Below, in pieces: positions 19,675 through 30,411 of a DNA stretch of 64,000 nt (position 1 is the stretch's first letter; the number at the start of each line of letters is the position of its first letter). Source of the DNA: Candidatus Latescibacterota bacterium (GTDB taxonomy: Bacteria > Latescibacterota > UBA2968 > UBA8231); assembly GCA_965206595.1 (NCBI GenBank), contig OZ242214.1, positions 1,536,001 through 1,600,000 on the forward strand, given 5' to 3'. The position numbers were made by a program, and so were the translations under genes. The notes below the pieces were generated by a model, which saw only the letters and a list, made by a program, of their open reading frames with translations, searched no databases and was not told the DNA's origin.

Positions 19675-20742
19675 ATGTTGCGGCACCGCGGTCCGCTCCG
19701 GATATGGGCAAGCGGGTTCGCCACTCTCCTCGCCGCCGCCGCCGCCCTCGCCCAGCGACCCGCGATCCCAGCCGGGGCCTTCGATGTCGCCGCCGAGCTT
19801 GAAACGGCGGCCGCCAACATCGGGGCGCCACTGACCTTGACCCTGCGGCTGCGCTACCCGGCCGGGTACTCGCCGTCGTTTCCCGAGATGGGAGAAATCC
19901 TTCCGGGAGAGCTGGAGGTCGACGCCGCCTCTCCCAAAGTCGAGCGCCGTTCCGTCTCGGAACAGGAGACCGAAGCGGTCGCCACCTACGAGGTGTGGGC
20001 GTTTGACCTCGGTGAGCTGACGATCCCCCCCATCCCGGTCCGATTCGCCGCCGCCGGGAAGGACACCCTGTTCCGCAGCACCGCGCCGCTGGCTGTTGGA
20101 ATCGTGCCGGTCCGCGACCCGGAAGACGACGAACTGCGGGACATCGTTCCCCCGCTAGTGATCTCAGGCGGGATTCCGGTCTGGGTTGTCGCCTTGCTCG
20201 CAACCGTGGCCGCGGTGGGGGCGGCCTGGGCCCTGAAGGTGTTTTTTCTCGATCGCCGGCATCGCGGTGCCGCTGCCCAACCATCTCCTCCACCTGTCAA
20301 CTACATCGCCGAATTCAGGAAGATTGCCGGTATGGGGCTGGTTGCGCGCCGCGCCCACAAAACGCATTACACCCTGCTGGCGGAAACGCTGCGGAGGTTT
20401 TTCGAAGACAAGGCAGGGGTGGAGGCGCTTGATCGGACGACTGCCGAGATCGAAGGGGCGCTCGCTCGCATCCCCGGTTTTCCCCGAGAGATCGAACGCC
20501 AGGTTGCCCTGTTTCTCAAGGATGCCGACCTCGTCAAGTTCGCCCGTCACGTTCCGGAGACCGTCGAAGCGGAGGCGGGACCGGACAGGGGGATCGAGAT
20601 CGTCAAAGCTCTGGAGGACTGGCTGCGGGAACAGGCGAGAGCCGCGGTAGCCCAGGCCGAGGCCGCGAAAAGCGTGAGAGAACCGGAGACCGGGGTCGGC
20701 TCCCGGGGTAATGGGAGCCCTGCGGGGCCCGGTGCGGGGTAG
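19675..20742 (+). CDS. Bat-operon single-pass membrane protein (BatD/DUF4381-like)
   Basis: Signal peptide, Ig-like region, LRDIVPP, TM helix, then LRRFFE...ALDRTTAEI...ADLVKFA. Confidence 0.75.
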   Translation: MLRHRGPLRIWASGFATLLAAAAALAQRPAIPAGAFDVAAELETAAANIGAPLTLTLRLRYPAGYSPSFPEMGEILPGELEVDAASPKVERRSVSEQETEAVATYEVWAFDLGELTIPPIPVRFAAAGKDTLFRSTAPLAVGIVPVRDPEDDELRDIVPPLVISGGIPVWVVALLATVAAVGAAWALKVFFLDRRHRGAAAQPSPPPVNYIAEFRKIAGMGLVARRAHKTHYTLLAETLRRFFEDKAGVEALDRTTAEIEGALARIPGFPREIERQVALFLKDADLVKFARHVPETVEAEAGPDRGIEIVKALEDWLREQARAAVAQAEAAKSVREPETGVGSRGNGSPAGPGAG

Positions 20743-20746
20743 GCGA

Positions 20747-21724
20747 GTGGTGGAGAATCTGCGTTTCGAAAACGGGGTATGGCTGCTGGCACTGGTGCTG
20801 CTGCCGCTGCTCCTGTACCGCTATCTGGTCGAGGAGCGAGGTGACAGGGGCAGCATCCGCTTCTCCAGCCTGGAGTCTTTCGAGGGCGTGAAGCCCGGCC
20901 TGTGGATGCGGTTGCGACACGCCGTAGTGGTGCTGCGGCTGGCCGGGCTCGCCTGCCTGATCGTGGCGATGGCCCGCCCCCAGGCCGGCAAGGAAGTCGT
21001 CGACGTGACCGCCGAGGGGATCGACATCATGCTTGTTCTCGACGTCTCGGGAAGCATGGAAGCTCGTGATCTCGGGGACGCCAACCGGCTCGAAGTCGCC
21101 AAGGAAGTGGTGTCCGAGTTCATCGCCGGCCGGCACAGCGACCGCATCGGGATGGTCGTTTTCGCCGGCGTGAGCTTCACCCAGTGCCCCCTGACGCTCG
21201 ACTACGACGTCCTCCTGGAGTTCCTCGCAGATATCGAGATCGCCTCGAGGAGCTGGGACGGCACCGCCATCGGAATCGCCCTGATCAATGCCTGCAACCG
21301 GCTGCGGGACGCCGACGGCAAGAGCAAGGTCGTCATCCTGCTGACCGACGGAGTCAACAACGCAGGAGAGATCGACCCCATGACCGCGGCCGCGGTCGCC
21401 GAGGCTACCGGCATCCGCGTGTACACGATCGGCGTCGGCGGCCGGGGCAACCAGGCGCCAGGGCGCCGGGGCCGCGGGCCCGAATTCGACGAGGAGATCC
21501 TCAAGCAGATCGCCACGTCTACCGGGGGCCACTACTACCACGCCACCAGCCGCGAAAAGCTGAAGCAGGTGTACGAAGAGATCGGCGAACTCGAAACCAC
21601 CCCGGTGACGAGCGCGATCCATCTCGACTTTTCCGAACGCTACGGACGCTTCCTCTGGACCGGATCAGCCCTGCTGCTGCTCGGGTTCGTCCTGGCCAAC
21701 ACCCGGTTCCGCCGGCTTCCCTGA
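20747..21724 (+). CDS. batA: BatA-like VWA membrane protein
   Basis: ARPQ, GIDIMLVLDVSGSM (MIDAS), DRIGMVVF, PLTLD, GTAIG, SKVVILLTDGVNN. Confidence 0.88.
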   Translation: MVENLRFENGVWLLALVLLPLLLYRYLVEERGDRGSIRFSSLESFEGVKPGLWMRLRHAVVVLRLAGLACLIVAMARPQAGKEVVDVTAEGIDIMLVLDVSGSMEARDLGDANRLEVAKEVVSEFIAGRHSDRIGMVVFAGVSFTQCPLTLDYDVLLEFLADIEIASRSWDGTAIGIALINACNRLRDADGKSKVVILLTDGVNNAGEIDPMTAAAVAEATGIRVYTIGVGGRGNQAPGRRGRGPEFDEEILKQIATSTGGHYYHATSREKLKQVYEEIGELETTPVTSAIHLDFSERYGRFLWTGSALLLLGFVLANTRFRRLP

Positions 21725-21737
21725 AACCGAGCCCCCG

Positions 21738-22759
21738 ATGCGCTTCGCCCACCCCGACAATCTCTGGCTGCTCATGGCCCTGCCGCTGCTCGTGCTTTTC
21801 GCGTTTTGGGCCGTAGCCGCCAAGCGCCGCGGTCTCGCCCGCTTTGCAGCGCCGCAGGTCGCCGGCAGATTGACGCGCAGCGTCAGTGTCGTTCGCCAGC
21901 GCTGGAAGTACTGCATCGCCGTCAGCGGCTTTGCCTTTCTCTCCCTCGCCCTTGGCGGCCCGCAGTTCGGGGCGGAGTTGACGATGGCCAAGCGCAAGGG
22001 AGTCGACATCGTCATCGCACTCGATGTCTCCCGGAGCATGCTGGCCGAGGATATCGGCCCCAACCGGCTGCAGCGGGCACGTTACCAGATTGGGGAGCTG
22101 CTCGACCGGCTGGAGGGGGACCGCGTCGGCCTCGTTGTGTTTGCCGGCAAGGCGTTCGTCCAGTGTCCCCTTACCCTCGACTATGGGGCCCTGCGGCTGC
22201 TTTTGTCCGTCGTCGACGCCGGCAGCATCCCGGTCCAGGGAACGGCGATAGGGGAGGCCCTCGAGCTGGCGCGCAGCTGCTTCGACGAAGGGGACCGCCA
22301 GCACAAGGCGATTGTGCTGTTCACCGACGGAGAGGATCACGTCGCCGATCCGATAGCTGCCGCGGACAACGCCGCGGCAGAGGGTGTACGCATATTCGCG
22401 ATCGGCATGGGCACCTCCGACGGCGAGCTGATACCGATCAGGCAGGACGGGGGTGGGGTCGACTTCCACCGCGACCGCGCCGGAAATCCGGTGAAGACGC
22501 GGCTCGACGAGGGGGTGCTGCGCGAAGTGGCCGCCCTCAGTGAGGGGGCGTACTACCGCAGCAGTTTGCGCGGGGTGGAGATCGAAGAGATATACCGCGA
22601 GATCGCCAACATGGACCAGAAGGAGTTCGAGTCGCAAAGGTTCACGCGCTACGAGGAGCGCTACCAGATCCCCCTTGCTCTCGCCCTCGCCTGCTTTGTT
22701 CTCGAGTCGCTGCTGGGGGACCGGAGGCGACAGCGGCTGGAATGGAAGGGCCGTTTCGA

Positions 22760-22763
<4 letters not shown>
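21738..22763 (+). CDS. batB: BatB-like VWA membrane protein
   Basis: DVSRSMLAEDIGPNRL, GDRVGLVVFAG, QGTAIG, TDGEDH, IGMGT..G..IP. Confidence 0.88.
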
Positions 22764-23680
<917 letters not shown>

Positions 23681-23687
23681 GTCTGAA

Positions 23688-25478
23688 TTGCACTTTTCGC
23701 GGCTGATTGCGGCTGCTGCCGTAGTGGTGACCGCAGCCTCGTTTGCGGCGGCCGAGGTCGAGTTCACGGCCTCGGTGGATCGCACCAGGACGACCAGATC
23801 CCGGCCGATCGAACTGATGCTGTCGATCTCCTCTTCGCAGAATTTCCCGAAAGTCCCGACGCCACACCTGAAGCTCGACGAATTCGACGTGTACGGTCCC
23901 TCGGTCGGCGTGCGCACCGAGATCGTCAACGGCCGCGTTACCCACGCCCGCGAGCTGACCTACACCCTGTACCCGCGTCGCGAGGGGGCCTTCGTCATCG
24001 GGCCGGCTACACTGGAGCTGGGGGGTAGGAAGTACTCGACGAAAGCGATCGAGGTGGTCGTGGCAAAGGGAGAGGGAGAGGCGGAACCGCAGGCCCTCGA
24101 GGACAACCTCTTCGTCCGGGTGAAGCGGGACCGCGAGCAGGTCTACGTGGGCCAACAGGTGCTGCTGTCCTACGACCTCTGCTACCGTTACCAGCTCCGC
24201 GACGTCGGCTTCGAGGAGGTACCCGTGTTCTCGGGATTCTGGGCCAAGGATCTGTTCGTCGCCCAGCGCCTCGAACCGCAACGGCAGGTGATCGGCGGAG
24301 TAGCCTTCAATGTCGTGCCGCTGCGCAAGGTTGCCCTGTTTCCCGCCAGCGCCGGGGATCACGTCGTCGAGCCCCTGGTGATCCGGTGCAGCATTTCCGA
24401 GGGAAGAAGAAGGAACAGCCTGTTCGACGCTTTTTCCCTGTTCAACGATCCGTTCTTCGGCCGCGGCCGGACCCTGCTGGTGCGCAGCCCCGAGGTCACC
24501 GTCGAGGTACTGCCCTTGCCTGCGATGGGACGGCCCCCGGAGTTCGACGGGGCGGTGGGAACCTACCGGATGGTGTCGACCCTGCAGCCGCCGGCGCCGC
24601 GGGCAGGAGATCCGGTCACTCTCACCATCTCGATTCAGGGAAAGGGGAACATCGGCGCGGCCGGAGAGCCGCGGCTCGGGGATTTTGCGGGATTCAAGAA
24701 GTACGACCCGAAGGTTTCCGAAGAGGCGGGGGATACCGGCGGCGGTTACGGCGGCACCAAGACCTTCGAGTACATCCTGATCCCCGAAGCCCCGGGAACT
24801 CTCGCCATTCCCCCGGCGCGTTTCACCTTTTTCGATCCCGAGGCGCGAGCATACCGGACGCTGCAGACGGATCCCCGCGAGCTCGCCGTCAGCGGCCATC
24901 TGCGGGAAAGCGAGGAGGGTACCCGTTACCTCCTGAGCAGAAAGGATATCGAAGTCGTCGGGACCGACATTCGTCACATAAAACCGGATGTAGGAGAGTT
25001 GGGGGACGCAGGGATTCTGTACCGCAGTGGTTCTTTCTGGCTGGTGCAGGCGATGATGCCGCTGGCGTACGCGGGTCTTTACCTCTGGCAGCGCCACCGC
25101 CGCCGGCTCGAGGGGGATGTCGCGTACGCGCGCCGCCGGGGCGCTCGGGGCGCGGCCGGACGCAGGCTGAAAACGGCGCGCCGAATGCTGGCCGAAGGCG
25201 CCCCCCCTCCGGATTTCCACGCGGAGATCCACCGGGCGGTGCTGGAGTTCGTCGCCGACCACCTCAACCGTTCGGCAGCGGGGCTGGAGAAGGAGGAGTG
25301 CTCCGAAGAACTGTGGCGCCGGGGTGTGCCGCAGCAGACGGTGGAGGATCTCGGAGAACTGCTTGAGGAATGCGAATTCGCCCGCTACGCCTCCGGAGCG
25401 TCCTCGGCCGAGGAGATGAGGCGCACCCAGGATCGTGCCGAGGAGCTCATGGAACGGCTACAGAGGGTGCTGGCGTGA
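23688..25478 (+). CDS. batD: BatD-family protein
   Basis: Signal peptide, ASVDRT, YVGQQV, V.PLP...FDGAVG, G.GNI, FFDP...Y, DIRHIK, CEFARYA. Confidence 0.88.
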   Translation: MHFSRLIAAAAVVVTAASFAAAEVEFTASVDRTRTTRSRPIELMLSISSSQNFPKVPTPHLKLDEFDVYGPSVGVRTEIVNGRVTHARELTYTLYPRREGAFVIGPATLELGGRKYSTKAIEVVVAKGEGEAEPQALEDNLFVRVKRDREQVYVGQQVLLSYDLCYRYQLRDVGFEEVPVFSGFWAKDLFVAQRLEPQRQVIGGVAFNVVPLRKVALFPASAGDHVVEPLVIRCSISEGRRRNSLFDAFSLFNDPFFGRGRTLLVRSPEVTVEVLPLPAMGRPPEFDGAVGTYRMVSTLQPPAPRAGDPVTLTISIQGKGNIGAAGEPRLGDFAGFKKYDPKVSEEAGDTGGGYGGTKTFEYILIPEAPGTLAIPPARFTFFDPEARAYRTLQTDPRELAVSGHLRESEEGTRYLLSRKDIEVVGTDIRHIKPDVGELGDAGILYRSGSFWLVQAMMPLAYAGLYLWQRHRRRLEGDVAYARRRGARGAAGRRLKTARRMLAEGAPPPDFHAEIHRAVLEFVADHLNRSAAGLEKEECSEELWRRGVPQQTVEDLGELLEECEFARYASGASSAEEMRRTQDRAEELMERLQRVLA

Positions 25479-26242
25479 AGACCCGGTCCCTGCTCGCGAT
25501 CTCGTTGGCAGTCGCCTGCGCCTGCACACCGGTTCCTTTGGCAGGGCAATCCGCGGCCGCGGGGCTGTTCGCCGAGGGCAACGACCTCTACCGCGCCGGC
25601 GAGTACGAGGCGGCTCGCGACACCTACCTGCGGATCGCCGGCGAAGGCATTCGCGATTCCCGCCTGTTCTACAACCTCGGCAACGCCTGCTTCAAGTCCT
25701 CCCGCCTCGGCGAAGCGATCGTGTGGTACGAGCGCGCATTGCGGCTCGAGCCCAGGGATCCGGACATCCTCGCAAACCTGCGCTTCGCCCGCCAGGTGAA
25801 GAGGGACCGGGAGCCGCCCGCGGAGGAGAATCCGCTGGCGCGCTTCGCCGCCGCGGTCTACGCCTTTCCCACCCTCGACGAGCTCGCGGTCGCCTTCGCC
25901 GCGACCCTGCTCTCCGTCTGGGTGCTCGCCTGCCTGCGTTGGCTGCGGCCCCGGGCTGCACGGGTCCAACTGCCACTGCTGGCCCCATGCGCAGCTGCCT
26001 GGGTGTTTGCAGCCCTGTTTTTCGCCTCGCGCATCTACACGCACGAATCGGCGAAACACGCCATCGTAACGGCGCAGGAGGCGACAGCCCGCAGCGGACC
26101 TGGCGGCGACCAGACGCCGGTGTTCGTGCTTCACGAGGGTACCATGGTGCGCATCGACCGCGATGAGGATGGATGGTACCTGGTGCGGCTGCCCAACGGC
26201 AGCGGAGGATGGATGCCGAAGGCCGCGGTGACCGACATCTGA
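25475..26242 (+). CDS. batE: BatE-like TPR + SH3b protein
   Basis: FAEGNDLY, YNLGNA...GEAIVWYERA, two TM segments, RSGPG...FVLHEG...W..V....G..GW. Confidence 0.87.
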   Translation: MKTRSLLAISLAVACACTPVPLAGQSAAAGLFAEGNDLYRAGEYEAARDTYLRIAGEGIRDSRLFYNLGNACFKSSRLGEAIVWYERALRLEPRDPDILANLRFARQVKRDREPPAEENPLARFAAAVYAFPTLDELAVAFAATLLSVWVLACLRWLRPRAARVQLPLLAPCAAAWVFAALFFASRIYTHESAKHAIVTAQEATARSGPGGDQTPVFVLHEGTMVRIDRDEDGWYLVRLPNGSGGWMPKAAVTDI

Positions 26243-26258
26243 AGGCGAGGGAAGTCGC

Positions 26259-26287
26259 TTGTCGTATTTGGGCGATCTTGCTACAAT
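26259..26287 (+). promoter_or_regulatory. Candidate sigma70 promoter for murG-mraY
   Basis: TTGTCG-N17-TACAAT with a TGn extended -10. Confidence 0.6.
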
Positions 26288-26449
26288 TGGGCGGAAGATG
26301 CCTCCTTCGCCACCCACCCTGCACACCCTCACCGGTTTCCCGGATCCGTTTCCCTGCTACCAGGCGTTCGGCCCCCTTTCGGGTCGATTCGCCGGCAGCG
26401 TTTTCCTCCCCCTCCTCTCCGGTACGGGGGCAGGCAACGGACCGATAGC

Positions 26450-28504
26450 GTGAAATACCTCCTGACAGGCGGCGGTACCGGCGGCCACGTTTATCCTGCA
26501 CTTGCCATTGCCGACGAGCTGCGCCGCCTGCATGCCGACGCGGAGTTCCTCTACGTCGGTGTCCGCAACCGCCTGGAATCCAGGGTCGTTCCCGCCCGGG
26601 GGTACGCCCTGCGCTACGTGCGCTCGCGCCCTTACCCGCGCTCACTCTCGGCGTTGCCTCAGCTGCTTTTCTGGCTGACCCTGGCGGCCGGAGTCGGCCG
26701 CGCTCTGCTTATTTTGCTCCGCTTCCGGCCCGACGTAGTCATCACCACCGGGGGTTTCGTCAGCGCCCCCGTGATGCTCGCCTTCGGCATTCTCCGCAGG
26801 CTGGGTGTCGGCAAGACCAGGATGTTTCTCTACGAGCCCAACGCCCGTCCCGGCCTGCTCAACCACACGGTGGGGCGGCTGGCCGACCGCATAGGCGTGG
26901 CTTTCGAGCAGGCTGGGCGCTGGTTCGATACCCGGCGCGTCGCGGTGGTCGGCTACCCGGTTCGCCGCGAGCTCCTTCAACTCGACCGTGCCGCCGCCCG
27001 CCAAAGGCTCGGTATCGATCCAGAACGTCAGGTGCTGTTCGTCGTCGGCGGTTCCCAGGGCGCGCGAGAGATCAACCGCGCCGTGGTCGAGGCGCTGCCG
27101 CGACTGCGACAACGTTCGGACCTGTTCGTCCTGCACGTCACCGGGGCCACGCCTCCCCGGGGGGCATCCGAGGAAACCTACGACCCAGTCGCCGACACCG
27201 AGCAGCGGTTGCGCGAGTCGGGATTGGCCGGCGACACCTCGGACTGGTACCGGCGATTGCCCTATGCGGAACAGATCGAGGATCTCTACGCCGCCTCCGA
27301 TGTCGTCGTCTGCCGCGGGGGCGCCGCAACGCTCACCGAAATCGGCGTTTGCGGCTTGCCTGCCGTCATCATTCCACTGTCGACGTCCGCGGACGATCAC
27401 CAGGCGATCAACGCCCGCGAGATGGAGAAGCGGGGAGCCGCGGTTGTCCTCTACTCCGAGGCGTCGTGGGAAGGGGGGGCAGTCACCACCAAGGTCGACG
27501 GCAAACGCCTCGCCGCAGCGATCGAGGGATTGCTCGAGGCCCCCGAGGAACGGCGCCGGCTGTCAGCCGCGGCGCAGGGGGTGCCGCGGCGCGACAGCCT
27601 GGATCTGATCCGCAGAGAGCTCGAAAGTATGGTCGGAGGGGAAAGGCCGGCACCCCTCAACCTCGAGTCCCGGGGAGACGAGAGGCTGCCGAGCGATCCG
27701 AACGCCCTGGTCAGGAAGGTACGTGAGCGGGTGGAAGATGCCGGGGGGGTCCAGGGTATCCCCGACCGCGAGCTGGCCTACTTGCGCTACCAGGCGGACC
27801 GTCTCCTTGCGTCGAGGGAGTGGTACGAAATTCCATTGGGCAAACGCAACGTCGGAATCAAGCTTTCAGGCTATCTCGAGCAACGGGACCGGCTCGACCT
27901 GTTGCTCCAGATTCTCCAGGACCGCCGGCAGGTGGGGGCTTTGAAGAGACTGCTCGGGGGCGACTTCCGGCATTCCGGGATTCTGAGGCGAAACACCATA
28001 CAGATCGCACTGCGGTGGCTGCGGGTCGTCGGAGAGCCGCAGGTCGAGGCCGCGCTTCTGGTTGCCCTTGAGACCGATCCCTATTTCGAGGTCCGGGCCG
28101 CTGCTGCGGATCTGCTCGGGGAGGCCGGCAATCCTTCCGACCGCATCGAGAGCGCCCTCGTGAATGCGCTGTCGGACCGCTCGCGGCGCGTCGTCGCCAG
28201 GGCGATACGAGCCCTGGGGGCCGTGGGGCGGGATCCCGGGCTGATCCGCTTGCTGCGGAACTTCTACCATCACCCGGACTGGCAGGTCCGGCACGAGGTG
28301 GTGCTGGGGCTGCAGAACCTGCTTCGCCGCGGGGTGCTGAGCCCTGCAGAGATGGCCGGTGAGGCAGAGCAGGTGCTCGCCACGTCGCCGAACTTCACTC
28401 CGGAGTTCCCTCTGAAAGAGAGTCTTTCCGAACTCGCCGAGCTCGCCGACTCTCCTGCCGATGCGTCGGAGGCCCCCGGCGCCTTCAGAGCCGGGGGCGG
28501 ATAA
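26450..28504 (+). CDS. murG: MurG-type GT28 glycosyltransferase fused to a C-terminal HEAT-repeat domain
   Basis: GGGTGGHVYP, TGGFVS, EPNARPG, GYPVR, GGSQGA, RGGAATLTE, HQ..NA; then DPYFEVRAAAA, DRSRRVVARA, HPDWQVR. Confidence 0.85.
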   Translation: MKYLLTGGGTGGHVYPALAIADELRRLHADAEFLYVGVRNRLESRVVPARGYALRYVRSRPYPRSLSALPQLLFWLTLAAGVGRALLILLRFRPDVVITTGGFVSAPVMLAFGILRRLGVGKTRMFLYEPNARPGLLNHTVGRLADRIGVAFEQAGRWFDTRRVAVVGYPVRRELLQLDRAAARQRLGIDPERQVLFVVGGSQGAREINRAVVEALPRLRQRSDLFVLHVTGATPPRGASEETYDPVADTEQRLRESGLAGDTSDWYRRLPYAEQIEDLYAASDVVVCRGGAATLTEIGVCGLPAVIIPLSTSADDHQAINAREMEKRGAAVVLYSEASWEGGAVTTKVDGKRLAAAIEGLLEAPEERRRLSAAAQGVPRRDSLDLIRRELESMVGGERPAPLNLESRGDERLPSDPNALVRKVRERVEDAGGVQGIPDRELAYLRYQADRLLASREWYEIPLGKRNVGIKLSGYLEQRDRLDLLLQILQDRRQVGALKRLLGGDFRHSGILRRNTIQIALRWLRVVGEPQVEAALLVALETDPYFEVRAAAADLLGEAGNPSDRIESALVNALSDRSRRVVARAIRALGAVGRDPGLIRLLRNFYHHPDWQVRHEVVLGLQNLLRRGVLSPAEMAGEAEQVLATSPNFTPEFPLKESLSELAELADSPADASEAPGAFRAGGG

Positions 28505-28512
28505 GGAAACCC

Positions 28513-29616
28513 GTGCTGGTCTATCTCGGCGACTACCTGCAATCGGTCCAGTCCCTCTCCTACCTGCGGCTCTTCGACTCGATCAGTTTTCGCGCCATCG
28601 GCGGCGCCATCACCGCCCTGGTGTTCACCATCCTGTTCGGCTGGCGCATAATCCTCTACTTCTACCGCTCCGGCAAGCGCGACACGTCACGAAAATACAC
28701 CGATTTTCCGGTTACCGATCACCCGGCCAAGACCTACGGGGGCGGACTGCTGGTGGCGGCAATCACCCTGAGCGTGCTGCTCTGGTGCCAGCTGCACAAT
28801 CCGCTCGTGCTCATGTGCATGGCCGCGGTCGCCTGGTTTGCCGCCCTGGGATACACCGACGACTACCTCAAGGTTCGCCACGGCAACAACGATCGCGGTC
28901 TGTCGGAGACCGCCAAGCTGGCGCTGCAGTTCCTCTACGCCATCGTCTTCGCCGTCGTCTTCGTCTCAGATTGGCTGTCGCCGCTCCCCCCGGGGCTGGC
29001 GACGCAGCTCTACCTGCCGTTCCTGAAGAACCCCGTAGTCGACCTGTCGTGGGGGTACGTGCCGCTGATCGTGTTCACCATCATCGCCATCTCCAACTCG
29101 GTGAACATCGCCGACGGCATAGACGGCCTCGCCGTGGTGCCCGTAGCCTTCGTCGTGGCGGTGTACGGAGTCTTCGCGTACGTCTCCAGCCACGTCAGGA
29201 TCTCCGAGTTCCTGATCTTTCCGTTCATTCCGGGGGCCGGAGAGGTCGCCATCATCTGCACCATCGTGTTCGGAGCCTGCCTCGGGTTTCTATGGTTCAA
29301 CTCCTACCCCGCGAACGTGATCATGGGGGATGCCGGGTCGCTGGCGCTCGGCGGCCTAATCGGGACCCTGGTGGTTCTGGTGAAACAGGAGATCCTGTTC
29401 CTGATCGTCGGGGGAATTTTCGTGGGAGAGGCCCTGTCGGTGCTGATTCAGGAGAAGATCGGCATCAGGTGGCTGGGACGTAGATTTTTCCTCAGCGCCC
29501 CCATCCACCACCACTTTCAGGCGCGGGGCATCGCCGACACCAAGATCGTAATCCGCTTCTGGATCGTCGCCGGTATCCTCGCGCTGTGCGGCCTGGCGAC
29601 CCTCAAGATCCGCTAA
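28513..29616 (+). CDS. mraY: Phospho-N-acetylmuramoyl-pentapeptide transferase (MraY family)
   Basis: GYTDDYLK, SNSVNIADGIDGL, GFLWFN..PA...MGDAGS, APIHHHF, IVIRFWI. Confidence 0.9.
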   Translation: MLVYLGDYLQSVQSLSYLRLFDSISFRAIGGAITALVFTILFGWRIILYFYRSGKRDTSRKYTDFPVTDHPAKTYGGGLLVAAITLSVLLWCQLHNPLVLMCMAAVAWFAALGYTDDYLKVRHGNNDRGLSETAKLALQFLYAIVFAVVFVSDWLSPLPPGLATQLYLPFLKNPVVDLSWGYVPLIVFTIIAISNSVNIADGIDGLAVVPVAFVVAVYGVFAYVSSHVRISEFLIFPFIPGAGEVAIICTIVFGACLGFLWFNSYPANVIMGDAGSLALGGLIGTLVVLVKQEILFLIVGGIFVGEALSVLIQEKIGIRWLGRRFFLSAPIHHHFQARGIADTKIVIRFWIVAGILALCGLATLKIR

Positions 29617-29668
29617 CGACGCGGCTTCCCCGGAGTCGATACGGCTTCCGCCCGGGAAATGCCACGGT

Positions 29669-30139
29669 TTACAGCAGTTGAATTCCGTAGAGGAACAGCA
29701 GCATCAGGATCGCGCCGGTGAGAGCGGTGATCCACAGCGGCATTCCTGCGTCCCCGTCGAAAACCTCCCGCCTGTAGTGTCGGTACTCGCTGGAAAACAC
29801 CCGATGCCCCGAGCCCAAGAGGATGATCATGGCGGCCATCAGGAAGTCGACGCCCCGGGTTTCGGGGGCGAATGCCCGCGCCATCCCGAGTCCGTAGGGG
29901 ACCAGGGTGACGAGCAAGCCGTACTCCCGGGAAAGGATCCCGTAGAGGATGATTCCGGCGCTGAGCGAACTGATGGCCATCGAACCGACGGCGTCCGGCA
30001 GCGGTACTTCGAGCTTCAGGACCAGGAGGGGGATGCCGACGACGAGATGAAGCCACATCCCGCAATAGGCGAAAAGGAAGACAGGGCGGCCCGGCGAGCG
30101 GGAGCCCGTGAGGAACTGGGCGAAAGAGGGTCGCTGCAT
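29669..30139 (-). CDS. Hypothetical integral membrane protein (about 5 TM)
   Basis: Hydrophobic 156-aa ORF filling the gap between mraY and recG, with a promoter-like sequence upstream. Confidence 0.65.
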   Translation of the reverse strand: MQRPSFAQFLTGSRSPGRPVFLFAYCGMWLHLVVGIPLLVLKLEVPLPDAVGSMAISSLSAGIILYGILSREYGLLVTLVPYGLGMARAFAPETRGVDFLMAAMIILLGSGHRVFSSEYRHYRREVFDGDAGMPLWITALTGAILMLLFLYGIQLL

Positions 30140-30201
30140 GGTTTCGTGAGGGCTCGACCCCGGGGAGGGAGGAAGCCGAATTGCGTGGGGGGAGAGGGGG
30201 G

Positions 30202-30230
30202 TATATACAGGAGCTGTTTCCCTCTGTCAA
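30202..30230 (-). promoter_or_regulatory. Candidate sigma70 promoter
   Basis: Minus strand TTGACA-N17-TATATA. Confidence 0.55.
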
Positions 30231-30411
30231 GCGCTCCGCCTGCGCTCCCGGAAAGTCCGGATAGGCCTTTCCGCGTCGATTTCCGTGGGCTCGAAGACCC
30301 GCCTGCGAGTCGCCTCCTCCCCCCGGATTGCGCTGCGGTCGCTGCGAAGCGGCCTCATCACCGGGGGATGCGGACGAACTTTCGGGCCGGGGCGATCCCG
30401 GGAAGTAACAG

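Noticed and set aside
14897-20293. Very long antisense and alternate-frame ORFs (for example 1051 aa at 14897..18052 and 741 aa at 18068..20293; similar ones at 51690..53552 and 60488..62077)
   Set aside because: They overlap well-supported genes and lack motifs; stop codons are rare on the antisense strand of high-GC genes
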